The notes under the pieces are model-generated. The model was given only the letters and a program-made list of their open reading frames with translations, did no database searches and was not told where the DNA came from. DNA of 14,633 bases from Oculatellaceae cyanobacterium bins.114 (lineage in GTDB: Bacteria; Cyanobacteriota; Cyanobacteriia; Elainellales; Elainellaceae): NCBI GenBank assembly GCA_033764315.1, contig JANRJA010000032.1, positions 1 to 14,633 on the forward strand, written 5' to 3'. A program made the position numbers and the translations under genes. This document shows, piece by piece, positions 1-8,270 of the stretch. Position 1 is the stretch's first letter, and each line of letters starts with the position of its first letter.

Positions 1-468
1 TAACCTGATCAGTGAACGTCGGGGGAAGGTGGTGTATTTAAGTGACACCTTCGAGGGTAAAAAGCATGACAAAGCGATTTGTGATGAGGAATATTATCTG
101 TTTCCAGAAGGGAGCAAGCTGTGGAAAGACACTGGATTTCAGGGGTATGAACCGGAGGGAGTAACGACGTTGCAACCGAAGAAGAAACCCCGCAAGCGAG
201 AATTAAGCCAAACTGATAAGGAGCGCAATCAAGAGATTTCTAGCCAACGAGTTGAGATCGAGCATCACATTGGTGGCATCAAACGGTGCAACATTGTGGT
301 GCATGCATTGAGGAGTCGAACGGATCATTTTGCCGATGATGTGATGGAAACAGCTTGCGGGCTGCACAACTTTCGCTTGACACACCGAAAGATTGCAGTT
401 GCTTAGATAACGATTTCCGAAGGAGATTTCCGTTTTCGTTTCATCCCCCTTATTCCCGATTAAGTCTA
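1..468 (+). mobile_element. Right part of an IS5-family (ISL2/IS702-like, DDE_Tnp_4) insertion sequence
   Basis: Transposase C-terminus is followed by about 60 bp of non-coding DNA ending ...TTATTCCCGATTAAGTCTA. The sequence then switches abruptly into the middle of a DHFR-like reading frame at 469. The end is approximate because the left IR lies outside the window. Confidence 0.7.
2..406 (+). CDS. Transposase, DDE superfamily endonuclease (DDE_Tnp_4), 5'-partial
   Basis: Frame is open from position 2. Motifs GKKHD, KDTGFQG, PKKKPR and N..ISSQRVEIEHHIGGIKR are typical of DDE_Tnp_4/IS5-like transposases. Confidence 0.88.
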   Translation, partial: NLISERRGKVVYLSDTFEGKKHDKAICDEEYYLFPEGSKLWKDTGFQGYEPEGVTTLQPKKKPRKRELSQTDKERNQEISSQRVEIEHHIGGIKRCNIVVHALRSRTDHFADDVMETACGLHNFRLTHRKIAVA

Positions 469-735
469 GTGTTAGCCAAAGGTGACCTTGTAGACGAAAT
501 AACTCAACTTAAAAAGCAAGCGGGAAATGATATTATCGTTTATGGCGGTGCAACTTTTGTATCCGCACTCATTCAACACAAACTGATTGACGAGTTTCAT
601 TTGTTTATCAATCCAGTTGCAATTGGGAGTGGAATGACTATTTTTAGAGAACTTGAGCGTAAACAAGATCTGACGTTAATCAAAGCAACATCCTTTGAAT
701 GTGGTGTTGTTGTTTTGAATTATGAACCGAAATAG
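469..735 (+). pseudogene. 3' half of a RibD C-terminal/dihydrofolate reductase family gene, interrupted by the IS
   Basis: VLAKGDLVDEITQLKKQAGNDIIVYGGATFVSALIQHKLIDEFHLFINPVAIGSG is the RibD_C C-terminal half. It has no proper start; the N-terminus of ORF 355..735 is IS-derived. Confidence 0.85.
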
Positions 736-744
736 AACTAAGAC

Positions 745-770
745 ATGCGAAACATAATCAGCTTTCGCAT
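745..770. terminator. Hairpin between convergent genes, possible terminator
   Basis: ATGCGAAA (745-752) and TTTCGCAT (763-770) form a perfect 8-bp stem starting 10 bp after the DHFR-remnant stop. There is no clear U-tract. Confidence 0.4.
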
Positions 771-787
771 CGCTTGCCCAATCTAAA

Positions 788-838
788 TATAGCAATCTCA
801 CAACCTGCTAATCTCACAAATAATTTAGGACTGCTATA
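788..838. repeat. 51-bp MITE-like element with TATAGC...GCTATA ends
   Basis: Terminal IR TATAGCAATC (788-797) / GACTGCTATA (829-838), 9/10 match. Internal direct repeat AATCTCACAA at 794-803 and 810-819. Confidence 0.55.
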
Positions 839-839
839 G

Positions 840-2108
840 TTAAAAGATGTTAGGTTGAACTTCGCGCAACCGACGCTCCAGGAAACGACGCTCACTGTCA
901 TTTGTCACCAATTCTAGTGCTCGCCTGTAGCTCTGGGTTGATTCCTCAAATGCTCCAGTGCGCCGAAATAAATCCGCACGGGTAGCGTGAAAGAGATGAT
1001 AGTTGTCCAGTTCTGAGGCAAGGCTGTCAATCAGTCCAAATGCAGCTTGAGGAGTGTCTGCCATTGCGATCGCCACTGCTCGATTCAAGGTCACAATGGG
1101 TGAAGGCTGCAAGCGTTCTAACACCTCATAGAGCCGCACAATCTGTACCCAGTCTGTTGCTTCGGCGCGGGTTGCCTGACAATGTAGAGCCGCGATCGCC
1201 GCTTGTAGAGCATACACTCCTGTGCCGCCACGCAATGCTTCTTCGACGAGTGGCAACGCCTCAGCAATTTGTGAGTGGTTCCAACGACTTCGATCCTGGT
1301 CTTCTAGCAGAATTAAATTGCCTGCTTCGTCTAAACGGGCATCGCGCCGCGAGTCGTGGAGTAACATCAGTGCTACCAGTGCAGTGACTTCAGACGGAGG
1401 TTGGGGTGCCAGCAATTGCCGTAGCAGTTGCCCCAGACGAATCGCTTCAGTGCAGAGATCAGCCCGCACGATCGCATCTCCTTTTGTCGCGGCATAACCT
1501 TCGTTAAAAATGAGATAGATGACCGTTAGCACTGCCTCTATCCGAGGAGTTAAATCCGTTATCTCTGGCACTTTAAAAGGAATGCCAGCATCTCGAATTT
1601 TGCGCTTGGCACGCACTAGTCGTTGTGCCATTGTTGCTGTAGGAACCAGAAAGGCGCGAGCAATTTCATCGGTTTCCAGCCCACCCAACATTCGTAGGGT
1701 CAACGCTACTTGAGTTTCCGTTGCCAACGCAGGATGACAGCAAGTGAAGATTAATCGCAGACGATCGTCTCCAATTTCATCATTGTCATAAGCAGGTTCT
1801 TCGCTGGATGGAATTAATCCAGATGCTGCGTACCATTCCAGTTTTTCGGTGAGTCGTGTTCGTCGTCGGAGGCGATCGATCGCCTTGTATCGCGCGGTTC
1901 GGATAATCCAGGCACGGGGAAGATCAGGAATACCACTATCCCACTGGTTCACTGCTGCCGCAAATGCTTCCTGGGCAGCTTCTTCAGCCAGATCAAAATC
2001 TCCCACTAGCCGAATCAGGATGGCAACAATACGCCCCCATTCCGTCTTATAAACAGAGGCGATTGCCTGAGCCACATCTGATTTTGGGGTTGAAGCCATA
2101 CCTGTCAT
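840..2108 (-). CDS. ECF RNA polymerase sigma factor, ECF42-type, with C-terminal TPR-like extension
   Basis: Sigma2 motif [33 protein letters not shown], sigma4 region [30 protein letters not shown] and TPR-like tail LQAAIAALH...LNRAVA. Adjacent to DGPF genes. Start is probably ATG 2108 or 2099, not the TTG at 2210. Confidence 0.92.
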   Translation of the reverse strand: MTGMASTPKSDVAQAIASVYKTEWGRIVAILIRLVGDFDLAEEAAQEAFAAAVNQWDSGIPDLPRAWIIRTARYKAIDRLRRRTRLTEKLEWYAASGLIPSSEEPAYDNDEIGDDRLRLIFTCCHPALATETQVALTLRMLGGLETDEIARAFLVPTATMAQRLVRAKRKIRDAGIPFKVPEITDLTPRIEAVLTVIYLIFNEGYAATKGDAIVRADLCTEAIRLGQLLRQLLAPQPPSEVTALVALMLLHDSRRDARLDEAGNLILLEDQDRSRWNHSQIAEALPLVEEALRGGTGVYALQAAIAALHCQATRAEATDWVQIVRLYEVLERLQPSPIVTLNRAVAIAMADTPQAAFGLIDSLASELDNYHLFHATRADLFRRTGAFEESTQSYRRALELVTNDSERRFLERRLREVQPNIF

Positions 2109-2136
2109 AAAACGATACAAAGTTTTTTGAGTAAGG

Positions 2137-2164
2137 TGTCGATTTGAGCGATCGCTGTTCGACT
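2137..2164 (+). promoter_or_regulatory. ECF42-type promoter P1 (TGTCGA-N17-CGAC), pseudo-palindromic
   Basis: TGTCGATTTGAGCGATCGCTGTTCGACT matches the recalled ECF42 consensus (-35 TGTCGA, -10 CG[A/T]C). The minus strand reads AGTCGA-N17-CGAC toward the sigma gene. Confidence 0.7.
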
Positions 2165-2215
2165 GACTGACAAAAGTAGTAAGTTCAATTGTACTAGATG
2201 ACTTTTTCAACGAGA

Positions 2216-2243
2216 TGTCGATCTAAGCAATTCCCATTCGACT
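2216..2243 (+). promoter_or_regulatory. ECF42-type promoter P2 (TGTCGA-N17-CGAC) upstream of the DGPF operon
   Basis: TGTCGATCTAAGCAATTCCCATTCGACT has the same half-sites and spacing as P1. It ends 22 bp before the ATG at 2266, with RBS AAAGGAGG in between. Confidence 0.78.
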
Positions 2244-2265
2244 CAATCACAAAGGAGGCAACCCA

Positions 2266-2625
2266 ATGAAATATTTGCTGCTGATCTATATGGACGAAAA
2301 CGCCATGAGTGACACTGAGCGGGAGCATTGCTATGGGGAATCGGCTCAACTCGCTCAGGACTTGCACACCAAAGGACAATTTCTGGCAACAGCCCCTCTC
2401 CACCCGGTTGCAACGGCGACCAGTGTTCAAGTCCGCGACGGCAAGTCTCTGGTGACGGATGGCCCCTTTGCCGAAACTCGTGAACAATTGGGCGGTTTCT
2501 TTCTCGTTAATGCTCAGGATTTGGATGAAGCGATCGCGATCGCCACTCAAATTCCAGGAGCACGAGTGGGCACCGTCGAAATTCGCCCCGTGCTCGAAAT
2601 TACAGGATTACCAGCACAGGCATGA
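2266..2625 (+). CDS. YciI/DGPF family protein
   Basis: MKYLLLIY start, VTDGPFAETREQLGGFFLV, VEIRPV; strong RBS AAAGGAGG. Confidence 0.93.
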   Translation: MKYLLLIYMDENAMSDTEREHCYGESAQLAQDLHTKGQFLATAPLHPVATATSVQVRDGKSLVTDGPFAETREQLGGFFLVNAQDLDEAIAIATQIPGARVGTVEIRPVLEITGLPAQA

Positions 2626-2673
2626 TCGCCAGCTAGCCATTCAACTTAAAACCATTTAATAGGAGATTTCACA

Positions 2674-3105
2674 ATGAAAGTCATGGTCTTTGTTAAAGCA
2701 ACCCCAGACTCTGAAGCTGGCATCATGCCGAGCATAGAGTTGATGACTGAAATGGGGCAATTCAACGAAGAATTAGCCAAAGCAGGAATCTTGCTCGCCG
2801 CTGAGGGGTTTCATCCTAGCTCAAAAGGGGTGCGAGTTCACTTTTCAGGAGGCGATCGCACCGTCATCAAGGGACCCTTTACTCCAGCGCAGGAGCTAGT
2901 GGCAGGGTACTGGCTGTGGCAGGTGAACTCAATGGAAGAGGCGATTGACTGGGTGAAACGCTGCCCCAACCCCATGCCAGGAGACTCCGAAATTGAGATC
3001 CGCCCCGTATTCGAGGCAGAGGATTTTGGTGAAGCCCTGACACCCGCATTAAGGGAACAGGAAGATCGCATTCGCGCCCAGGTTGAAACGCAACAGCAAG
3101 CGTAA
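2674..3105 (+). CDS. YciI/DGPF family protein (second paralogue, KGPF variant)
   Basis: MKVMVFVKAT..SEAG, VIKGPFT..ELVAGYWLWQV.SMEEAIDWVKRCPNP, EIEIRPVFE; RBS AGGAGA. Confidence 0.92.
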   Translation: MKVMVFVKATPDSEAGIMPSIELMTEMGQFNEELAKAGILLAAEGFHPSSKGVRVHFSGGDRTVIKGPFTPAQELVAGYWLWQVNSMEEAIDWVKRCPNPMPGDSEIEIRPVFEAEDFGEALTPALREQEDRIRAQVETQQQA

Positions 3106-3167
3106 CGCCTCTTCAATGTTGGTATTGCAACCTACAACCAAACGATTAACTCAAAGGAGAAATTGTC

Positions 3168-3611
3168 ATGACTACTGCTAATACAATCTCAACTCAGGAC
3201 GCTGAAATCCGCCAGTTGGTTGCGGCTCAACAACGGGCAATTTGCACCAAAGATGTGGAGCAAATCATGTCTCGCTACGCTAATGAGATCGTCATTTTTG
3301 ATGTCAAGCCACCTTTTCAAACCCAGGGTAGAGAAGCTGTCCGTCAGTTGTGGGAAGATTGTTTACCTTTTTTCCCCGATGCGTTTGAAATGGAAACACG
3401 CGACCTCATCATTACCGCTAATGACGACATCGCGACTGCCCACTGGCTATTTCGCTTGAAGGGCGAACAAGACCATCCTGCGATGCAGATGTGGATGCGG
3501 GCTACTGCTGTGTGTCAGAAGCAGCAAGGCACCTGGAAGATTCTGCACGAGCACATTTCGGTGCCCTTTAATCCCTCCAATGCTCAAGCCGTCTTCACGC
3601 TTAACCCATAA
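3168..3611 (+). CDS. SnoaL-like / NTF2-fold protein (YybH/DUF4440-like)
   Basis: FDVKPP..TQG.EA, MRAT.V.....G.WKILHEHISVPF C-terminal motif; RBS AAAGGAGA. Confidence 0.88.
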   Translation: MTTANTISTQDAEIRQLVAAQQRAICTKDVEQIMSRYANEIVIFDVKPPFQTQGREAVRQLWEDCLPFFPDAFEMETRDLIITANDDIATAHWLFRLKGEQDHPAMQMWMRATAVCQKQQGTWKILHEHISVPFNPSNAQAVFTLNP

Positions 3612-3642
3612 CAAATTCACTGAACAAACCCAAGAAGTAGCT

Positions 3643-4053
3643 ATGAAACTCAATTCCTATCTCATGTTCGATGGCAACTGTGAAGCCGCATTCAAGTTTT
3701 ACGAGCAGTGTTTGGGTGGCAAAATCACCATGATGATGACGCACAAAGAAGCACCCTCGGCAGAAAATATCTCACCAAAGTGGCAGGACAAAATTATGCA
3801 CGCCTGTCTTGAATTAGATGATCGCCTCTTAATGGGATCTGATTGCCCACCGGGATACTTTGAACCCCCGCAAGGCTTCTACGTGCAAATTAGCGTCCCT
3901 GAAATTGCTGAGGCAGAAAGACTTTTTCACGCTCTGGCAGAAAACGGCACGGTGAAAATGGCGATCGCTCAAACCTTCTGGTCTATTCGCTTTGGCATGT
4001 TGATTGATCAGTTCGGAATACCGTGGATGATCAACTGTGATCAGATCGTATGA
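3643..4053 (+). CDS. PhnB-like VOC/glyoxalase family protein
   Basis: YLMFDGNCEAAFKFYEQCLGG, KIMHA.L, LMGSD, TFWS.RFGMLIDQFGIPWMIN. Start moved to ATG 3643. Confidence 0.9.
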   Translation: MKLNSYLMFDGNCEAAFKFYEQCLGGKITMMMTHKEAPSAENISPKWQDKIMHACLELDDRLLMGSDCPPGYFEPPQGFYVQISVPEIAEAERLFHALAENGTVKMAIAQTFWSIRFGMLIDQFGIPWMINCDQIV

Positions 4054-4124
4054 GTCTTTTACCGCTTTCTAACTTACTTTCAGCTTTTCACAGATAAATT
4101 TCAAAGCACTATGCAGGAGAAACC

Positions 4125-4559
4125 ATGAGTACTCAAATTTTCGTCAATTTACCAGTTAAAGATCTCCAGCAATCGATCACGTTTTTTACACAACTCGGCT
4201 TTCAGTTCAATCCTCAATTCACTGATGAAACAGCCACCTGCATGATTGTCTCCGAAACGATCTTTGTCATGCTGTTGACTCATGAGAAGTTCAAAACGTT
4301 TACGCCAAATGCGATTTGTGATGCCACAAAAAGTACTGAAGTGTTAACGTGCCTGTCAATGGAGAGTCGAGAAGCCGTTGATGATCGAGTTCGTAAGGCG
4401 ATCGCGGCGGGGGGTACAACCTACAACGAACCTCAAGACCACGGATTTATGTACGCGCATGGATTTCAGGATTTAGATGGTCACATTTGGGAACTGATTT
4501 ACATGGAACCCAGCGCGATCGCCCAGGCTGAATCTACCCAGGAAAAGGTAGAGGTATAG
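4125..4559 (+). CDS. VOC/glyoxalase family protein
   Basis: IFVNLPVKDL..S..FF..LGF.FNPQFTDE, DHGFMY..GFQDLDGHIWEL; RBS CAGGAGA. Confidence 0.92.
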   Translation: MSTQIFVNLPVKDLQQSITFFTQLGFQFNPQFTDETATCMIVSETIFVMLLTHEKFKTFTPNAICDATKSTEVLTCLSMESREAVDDRVRKAIAAGGTTYNEPQDHGFMYAHGFQDLDGHIWELIYMEPSAIAQAESTQEKVEV

Positions 4560-4616
4560 AACATCACAGCAACAGATTTTTGTCTGAGTTTAACCATGAC
4601 ATTGTGGAGATTAACA

Positions 4617-5345
4617 ATGATTCAGAACACAATTGCACATCCAAAAGTTGTTGAAAAAGACGAGTGGCTGACTGCTCGCAAAACATTACTTCAACACGAA
4701 AAAGAATTGACTAAGCAGCGCGATCGCATCAATGCCGAACGACGCAGACTACCCATGATCAAACTTGGCAAGGAATATACCTTTGAGGGATCACAGGGTT
4801 CCGTCAAACTCATTGATTTGTTTGAGGGACGAACTCAACTGATCGTCTACCACTTCATGTTTGCTCCAGAGTGGGAAAAGGGCTGTACGGGTTGTACAGG
4901 TTTTGTTAATTCGCTGGGCGATCTATCCCTGCTGCATGAACGTGATACAACCTTTGCGTTAGTTTCCCGTGCCCCGTTGCCCAAGCTAGAAGCATACAAG
5001 ACGCTGAAGGGGTGGACGCTTCCCTGGTATTCCTCCTTTGGCAGCGATTTCAACTACGATTTCCATGTCACGCTAGATGAAACCATCACGCCCACCGAAT
5101 ACAACTATCGCGACAAGGCTGAGTTAGAGAGATTGCACGAACCCAATGTAATGCAGGGTGAGAGTCATGGTCTCAGCGTTTTCTTCCGTCTGGGTGACAA
5201 TGTTTTTCACACCTACTCGACCTATGCCCGTGGTGTTGAATCCCTCACCGATTCCTACAGTTTGCTGGATATGACCCCCTACGGACGGCAGGAAGACTTT
5301 GAAGACTCACCCTCAGGATATCCGCAAAAGCCGACGTATGGATAG
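4617..5345 (+). CDS. DUF899 family thioredoxin-like protein
   Basis: [34 protein letters not shown] motif, [33 protein letters not shown] 4617 follows GGAGA. Confidence 0.92.
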   Translation: MIQNTIAHPKVVEKDEWLTARKTLLQHEKELTKQRDRINAERRRLPMIKLGKEYTFEGSQGSVKLIDLFEGRTQLIVYHFMFAPEWEKGCTGCTGFVNSLGDLSLLHERDTTFALVSRAPLPKLEAYKTLKGWTLPWYSSFGSDFNYDFHVTLDETITPTEYNYRDKAELERLHEPNVMQGESHGLSVFFRLGDNVFHTYSTYARGVESLTDSYSLLDMTPYGRQEDFEDSPSGYPQKPTYG

Positions 5346-5414
5346 AGACATGGCACTTTTCAAGCGATTTAATGCGATCGCAACCTTCAATTACTGATCA
5401 TAAGGAGACAAAAA

Positions 5415-5930
5415 ATGGAAACTAACCAAGCTGAACAAACCTCACCTATGCCCGCTCAACCTCAAAAAGAACATCAGTGGCTCCAGAAACTTGTCGGTGA
5501 GTGGACGTATGAAATTGAAGCGATGATGGGACCCGATCAACCTCCCGAAAAATCAACGGGAACTGAGTCTGTGCGTACTCTGAACGGGCTTTGGATCTTA
5601 GCAGAAGGACAAGGTGAGATGTTTTGCGCGGGTTCTGCAACAACGCTGATGACTCTCGGCTACGACCCACAGAAGCAGCGTTATGTGGGCACCTGGGTTG
5701 GGTCAATGATGACCTATCTCTGGGTATATGATGGTGAATTAAACGCAGACGAAACCGTGTTAACGCTCAACTCTGATGGACCTTCCATGACGGGTGACGA
5801 GAAACTCGGAAAGTACAAAGATGTGATCGAGTTTAAGAGCGACGATCACCGGGTGTTGACCTCCCACATGTTGAGAGATGACGGGCAGTGGCAGCACTTC
5901 ATGACTGCTCATTATCGGCGCAAGCGATAA
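5415..5930 (+). CDS. DUF1579 family protein
   Basis: PQKEHQWLQKLVGEW, TLGYDPQKQRYVGTWVGSMM, YKDVIEF; RBS TAAGGAGA. Confidence 0.88.
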   Translation: METNQAEQTSPMPAQPQKEHQWLQKLVGEWTYEIEAMMGPDQPPEKSTGTESVRTLNGLWILAEGQGEMFCAGSATTLMTLGYDPQKQRYVGTWVGSMMTYLWVYDGELNADETVLTLNSDGPSMTGDEKLGKYKDVIEFKSDDHRVLTSHMLRDDGQWQHFMTAHYRRKR

Positions 5931-5945
5931 GCGTATTGGCAAAAT

Positions 5946-6050
5946 TATAGCTTTGGTCAGAAAGCTTACGGCAAAGGCAATGGCTCAAACCCTGATGCTG
6001 GGAAAGCTTTCTGACTCGCCTCCGCCTCATCGAATGTGGCTACGGCTATA
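5946..6050. repeat. 105-bp MITE-like element with TATAGC...GCTATA ends and an internal 12-bp inverted repeat
   Basis: TTATAGC (5945-5951) pairs with GCTATAA (6045-6051). Internal perfect IR GTCAGAAAGCTT (5956-5967) / AAGCTTTCTGAC (6004-6015). Lies between convergent genes. Confidence 0.55.
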
Positions 6051-6074
6051 ACATGGCTCCAGGTTCCAAGTCAT

Positions 6075-6479
6075 TCAAGGTGGTGTCAAATCAAAATGCG
6101 GATTCCAGGCAACTTCCCACAGGTAGCCATCGGGGTCGGCAAAGTAGCCAGAGTATCCACCCCAATCAGTATCTTGTGCGGGTTTAAGAATAGTAGCTCC
6201 TGTCGCTTTTGCTTGTTCAAGGACGGAATCGACCGCTTCCTTCGACTTCACATTGTGTGCCAGAGTAAACCCTGAAAAACCGTTGCCTGCTGCTGAAACA
6301 TGAGCATCGGCTGCAAGTGCCTCACGAGGATAGAGAGCCAACCAGGTTCCTCTCAAATTCAGGAACGTCACACCCTCAAACTCTTCTTTCGCAGGTAAAC
6401 CCAACCCCTGCTTGTAAAAGGTGGTGGAACGAACAAGGTCAGAAACTCCGAGCGTTATCAGGCTAATGTACGGTTCCAT
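6075..6479 (-). CDS. VOC/glyoxalase family protein
   Basis: ISLITLGVSDL.RS..FY..GLG, FSGFTLAHNV, WGGYSGYFADPDGYLWEVAWNP. Confidence 0.92.
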   Translation of the reverse strand: MEPYISLITLGVSDLVRSTTFYKQGLGLPAKEEFEGVTFLNLRGTWLALYPREALAADAHVSAAGNGFSGFTLAHNVKSKEAVDSVLEQAKATGATILKPAQDTDWGGYSGYFADPDGYLWEVAWNPHFDLTPP

Positions 6480-7242
6480 ACGTCAGGTGGTGCGTCATGT
6501 ACTCCTTCTGTTCTACTGGTTTATACGCTGAAATAAACAGGAAAAGAGGAATTCTTAAACGTCGCTCATACTCTTTCTCGCTCGAAAATTTTTGGGGTTG
6601 AGGGCGTGATTCTCGAATGCGTTCCAGTTCAAAACCAGTCATCATGATCAGATCAAAGTACTCTTCTAACGTGCGGTGATACTTTGTCACCTCGTATCCA
6701 AGCCACTGATGCACTCGTGCACCCGGTTTGAAGTAATTGTCCACTAACCAGGTGGTGCGACGACCCTCCGCTAAACTCGCAAAGTTAGAGGTAATCACAG
6801 GATGCTCTACGGAGAAAATCATTCGCCCACCGGGACGAAGGGCTTGATACGCTTCCTGGAAGACAGGTTCAAGATTTTCAACGTACTGGAGAGCCAGTCG
6901 CGAAGATACCAGATCCGCCTGTTCGCTCTGCGCTTTCCAGGTTTCTAGTCGCTCATGATGCACTTTCCCTGCTGTATGGGTTAGTTGCGCTAAAGCAAGA
7001 TCAACCATTGCTCTGGAAGCTTCGATGCCAATGTAAGAGCGTGCCCCTTGTAAGAGTGCTTCTTTGCCAAACGATGCATCTCCACAGCCGAGATCAATGA
7101 TGTCAAGCTGGTTGAGATTACCTGCAAGTTCTAAGAAAATTGGACATTCCAGCGTGTCGTTGGGATTGTCAGGTTGAGTACGATGGGCAATGTATTTTGC
7201 TCTTATCTCTGGATTGTCATAAAACTCTTCATGGTCTGGCAT
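6463..7242 (-). CDS. Class I SAM-dependent methyltransferase
   Basis: Motif I IIDLGCGDA, GIEAS..M, DLVSSRLALQYV, LRPGGRMIFSVEHP, KYHRTLEEY. Confidence 0.9.
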   Translation of the reverse strand: MPDHEEFYDNPEIRAKYIAHRTQPDNPNDTLECPIFLELAGNLNQLDIIDLGCGDASFGKEALLQGARSYIGIEASRAMVDLALAQLTHTAGKVHHERLETWKAQSEQADLVSSRLALQYVENLEPVFQEAYQALRPGGRMIFSVEHPVITSNFASLAEGRRTTWLVDNYFKPGARVHQWLGYEVTKYHRTLEEYFDLIMMTGFELERIRESRPQPQKFSSEKEYERRLRIPLFLFISAYKPVEQKEYMTHHLTYGTVH

Positions 7243-7292
7243 AAAGCTTTGCTAGGTTAGTTCATAGCTATCTGTGGAGGGATGATTTTTTC

Positions 7293-7577
7293 TTAACGAT
7301 TGGTTTGTTTGAATAGTCCAGCAATGAGAAAAACAATGCCTGTTAAAAAGACATAAGCATTTTGGAGGAGATAGCTATCAGCAATAATTTTTCTAAAAGC
7401 AAGAATCTCTGGGCTATCCATAATTACTCTACCGCGCTGATAAACCAACAAGGAGATTAGTAGATTGAGATGAAGGTCAGCCAGCGATTGGAGAAAAAAG
7501 AGACCAATGAAGGCGATCGCAATCAAAGCGATGCCAATCCTGATCAAGTTTGAATTGGAAGAAAAACGTCGCAACAT
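7293..7577 (-). CDS. Small hypothetical membrane protein
   Basis: 94-aa ATG ORF with two hydrophobic segments, co-oriented with its neighbours. Confidence 0.55.
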   Translation of the reverse strand: MLRRFSSNSNLIRIGIALIAIAFIGLFFLQSLADLHLNLLISLLVYQRGRVIMDSPEILAFRKIIADSYLLQNAYVFLTGIVFLIAGLFKQTNR

Positions 7578-7660
7578 GATTGAGTTATCACAAAACTAGA
7601 ATATTGAAAGAGTATTTCTTTTTTGCCATTCCATTGCTTGATCTTCTGCTAGGTAATTAC

Positions 7661-8245
7661 TCAACTATTCTGGACTAATGAGGTCATGTTTTCTTGCTCC
7701 CAAAGTTGAGGATAATGAGCGATCGCCCCATAATCGTCTACCTCTAAAACATCGACATAGCCTACGCTCGGTGCTGAGTATTCGTAGCGATCGTAGGATA
7801 ATCGGTGGTAGTCTTGTTCCAATCGTTTCAGCGTGAAGTCTGGAAAATCGAGCCATACAGCAGGGGCTGGCGATCGCGCTCCAATCGCTAACGATAACCG
7901 ACGAATGGCAATCAAATTAGTGGCTGGAGTAAATCCTAAATCTAAATCAATGCAGTCTGCTGCGTCCTGTAATTCTTTGTCATTGATGCTCCAACGATGA
8001 TTTGGAGTACGAGCAATTGTCAGAGCAATGATTGATTGACCAATATGACCTGAAATACTTGCAGTGCAAGTTTCCCAGTTGGTATTAGTATTCACTTCGT
8101 AGGATAAAAGACAGGGCTTTTGCTCAAACAGAAAGATAGCTGTTCCAGATAATTGCCAGCCATCTCCAGATTTCCAGAGACAACAACTATCGTGTCCAGG
8201 ACAATCCAATCTGCGCCAAATAAGGGTGTGTTCAAGAGAAGTCAT
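7661..8245 (-). CDS. Putative glycolipid-binding domain protein
   Basis: WRRLD.PGHD.C.L, DCIDLDLGFTPATNLIAIRRL.L, L.RLEQ.Y.R, L.VDD.G...YP.LW. Confidence 0.85.
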   Translation of the reverse strand: MTSLEHTLIWRRLDCPGHDSCCLWKSGDGWQLSGTAIFLFEQKPCLLSYEVNTNTNWETCTASISGHIGQSIIALTIARTPNHRWSINDKELQDAADCIDLDLGFTPATNLIAIRRLSLAIGARSPAPAVWLDFPDFTLKRLEQDYHRLSYDRYEYSAPSVGYVDVLEVDDYGAIAHYPQLWEQENMTSLVQNS

Positions 8246-8270
8246 GAAGCTTATTCAATGCAAAGGATCT

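Noticed and set aside
355..468. N-terminus of ORF 355..735 as a real fusion protein
   Set aside because: It is chance read-through of IS sequence in frame with the DHFR remnant.
1040..2052. Plus-strand ORFs within the sigma gene, and similar antisense ORFs elsewhere (e.g. 2194..2550, 6036..6275, 14285..14614)
   Set aside because: They overlap well-supported genes and have no recognisable motifs.
2109..2210. N-terminal extension of the sigma ORF to TTG 2210
   Set aside because: It overlaps the promoter motif region and does not resemble sigma sequence; ATG 2108 or 2099 is more plausible.
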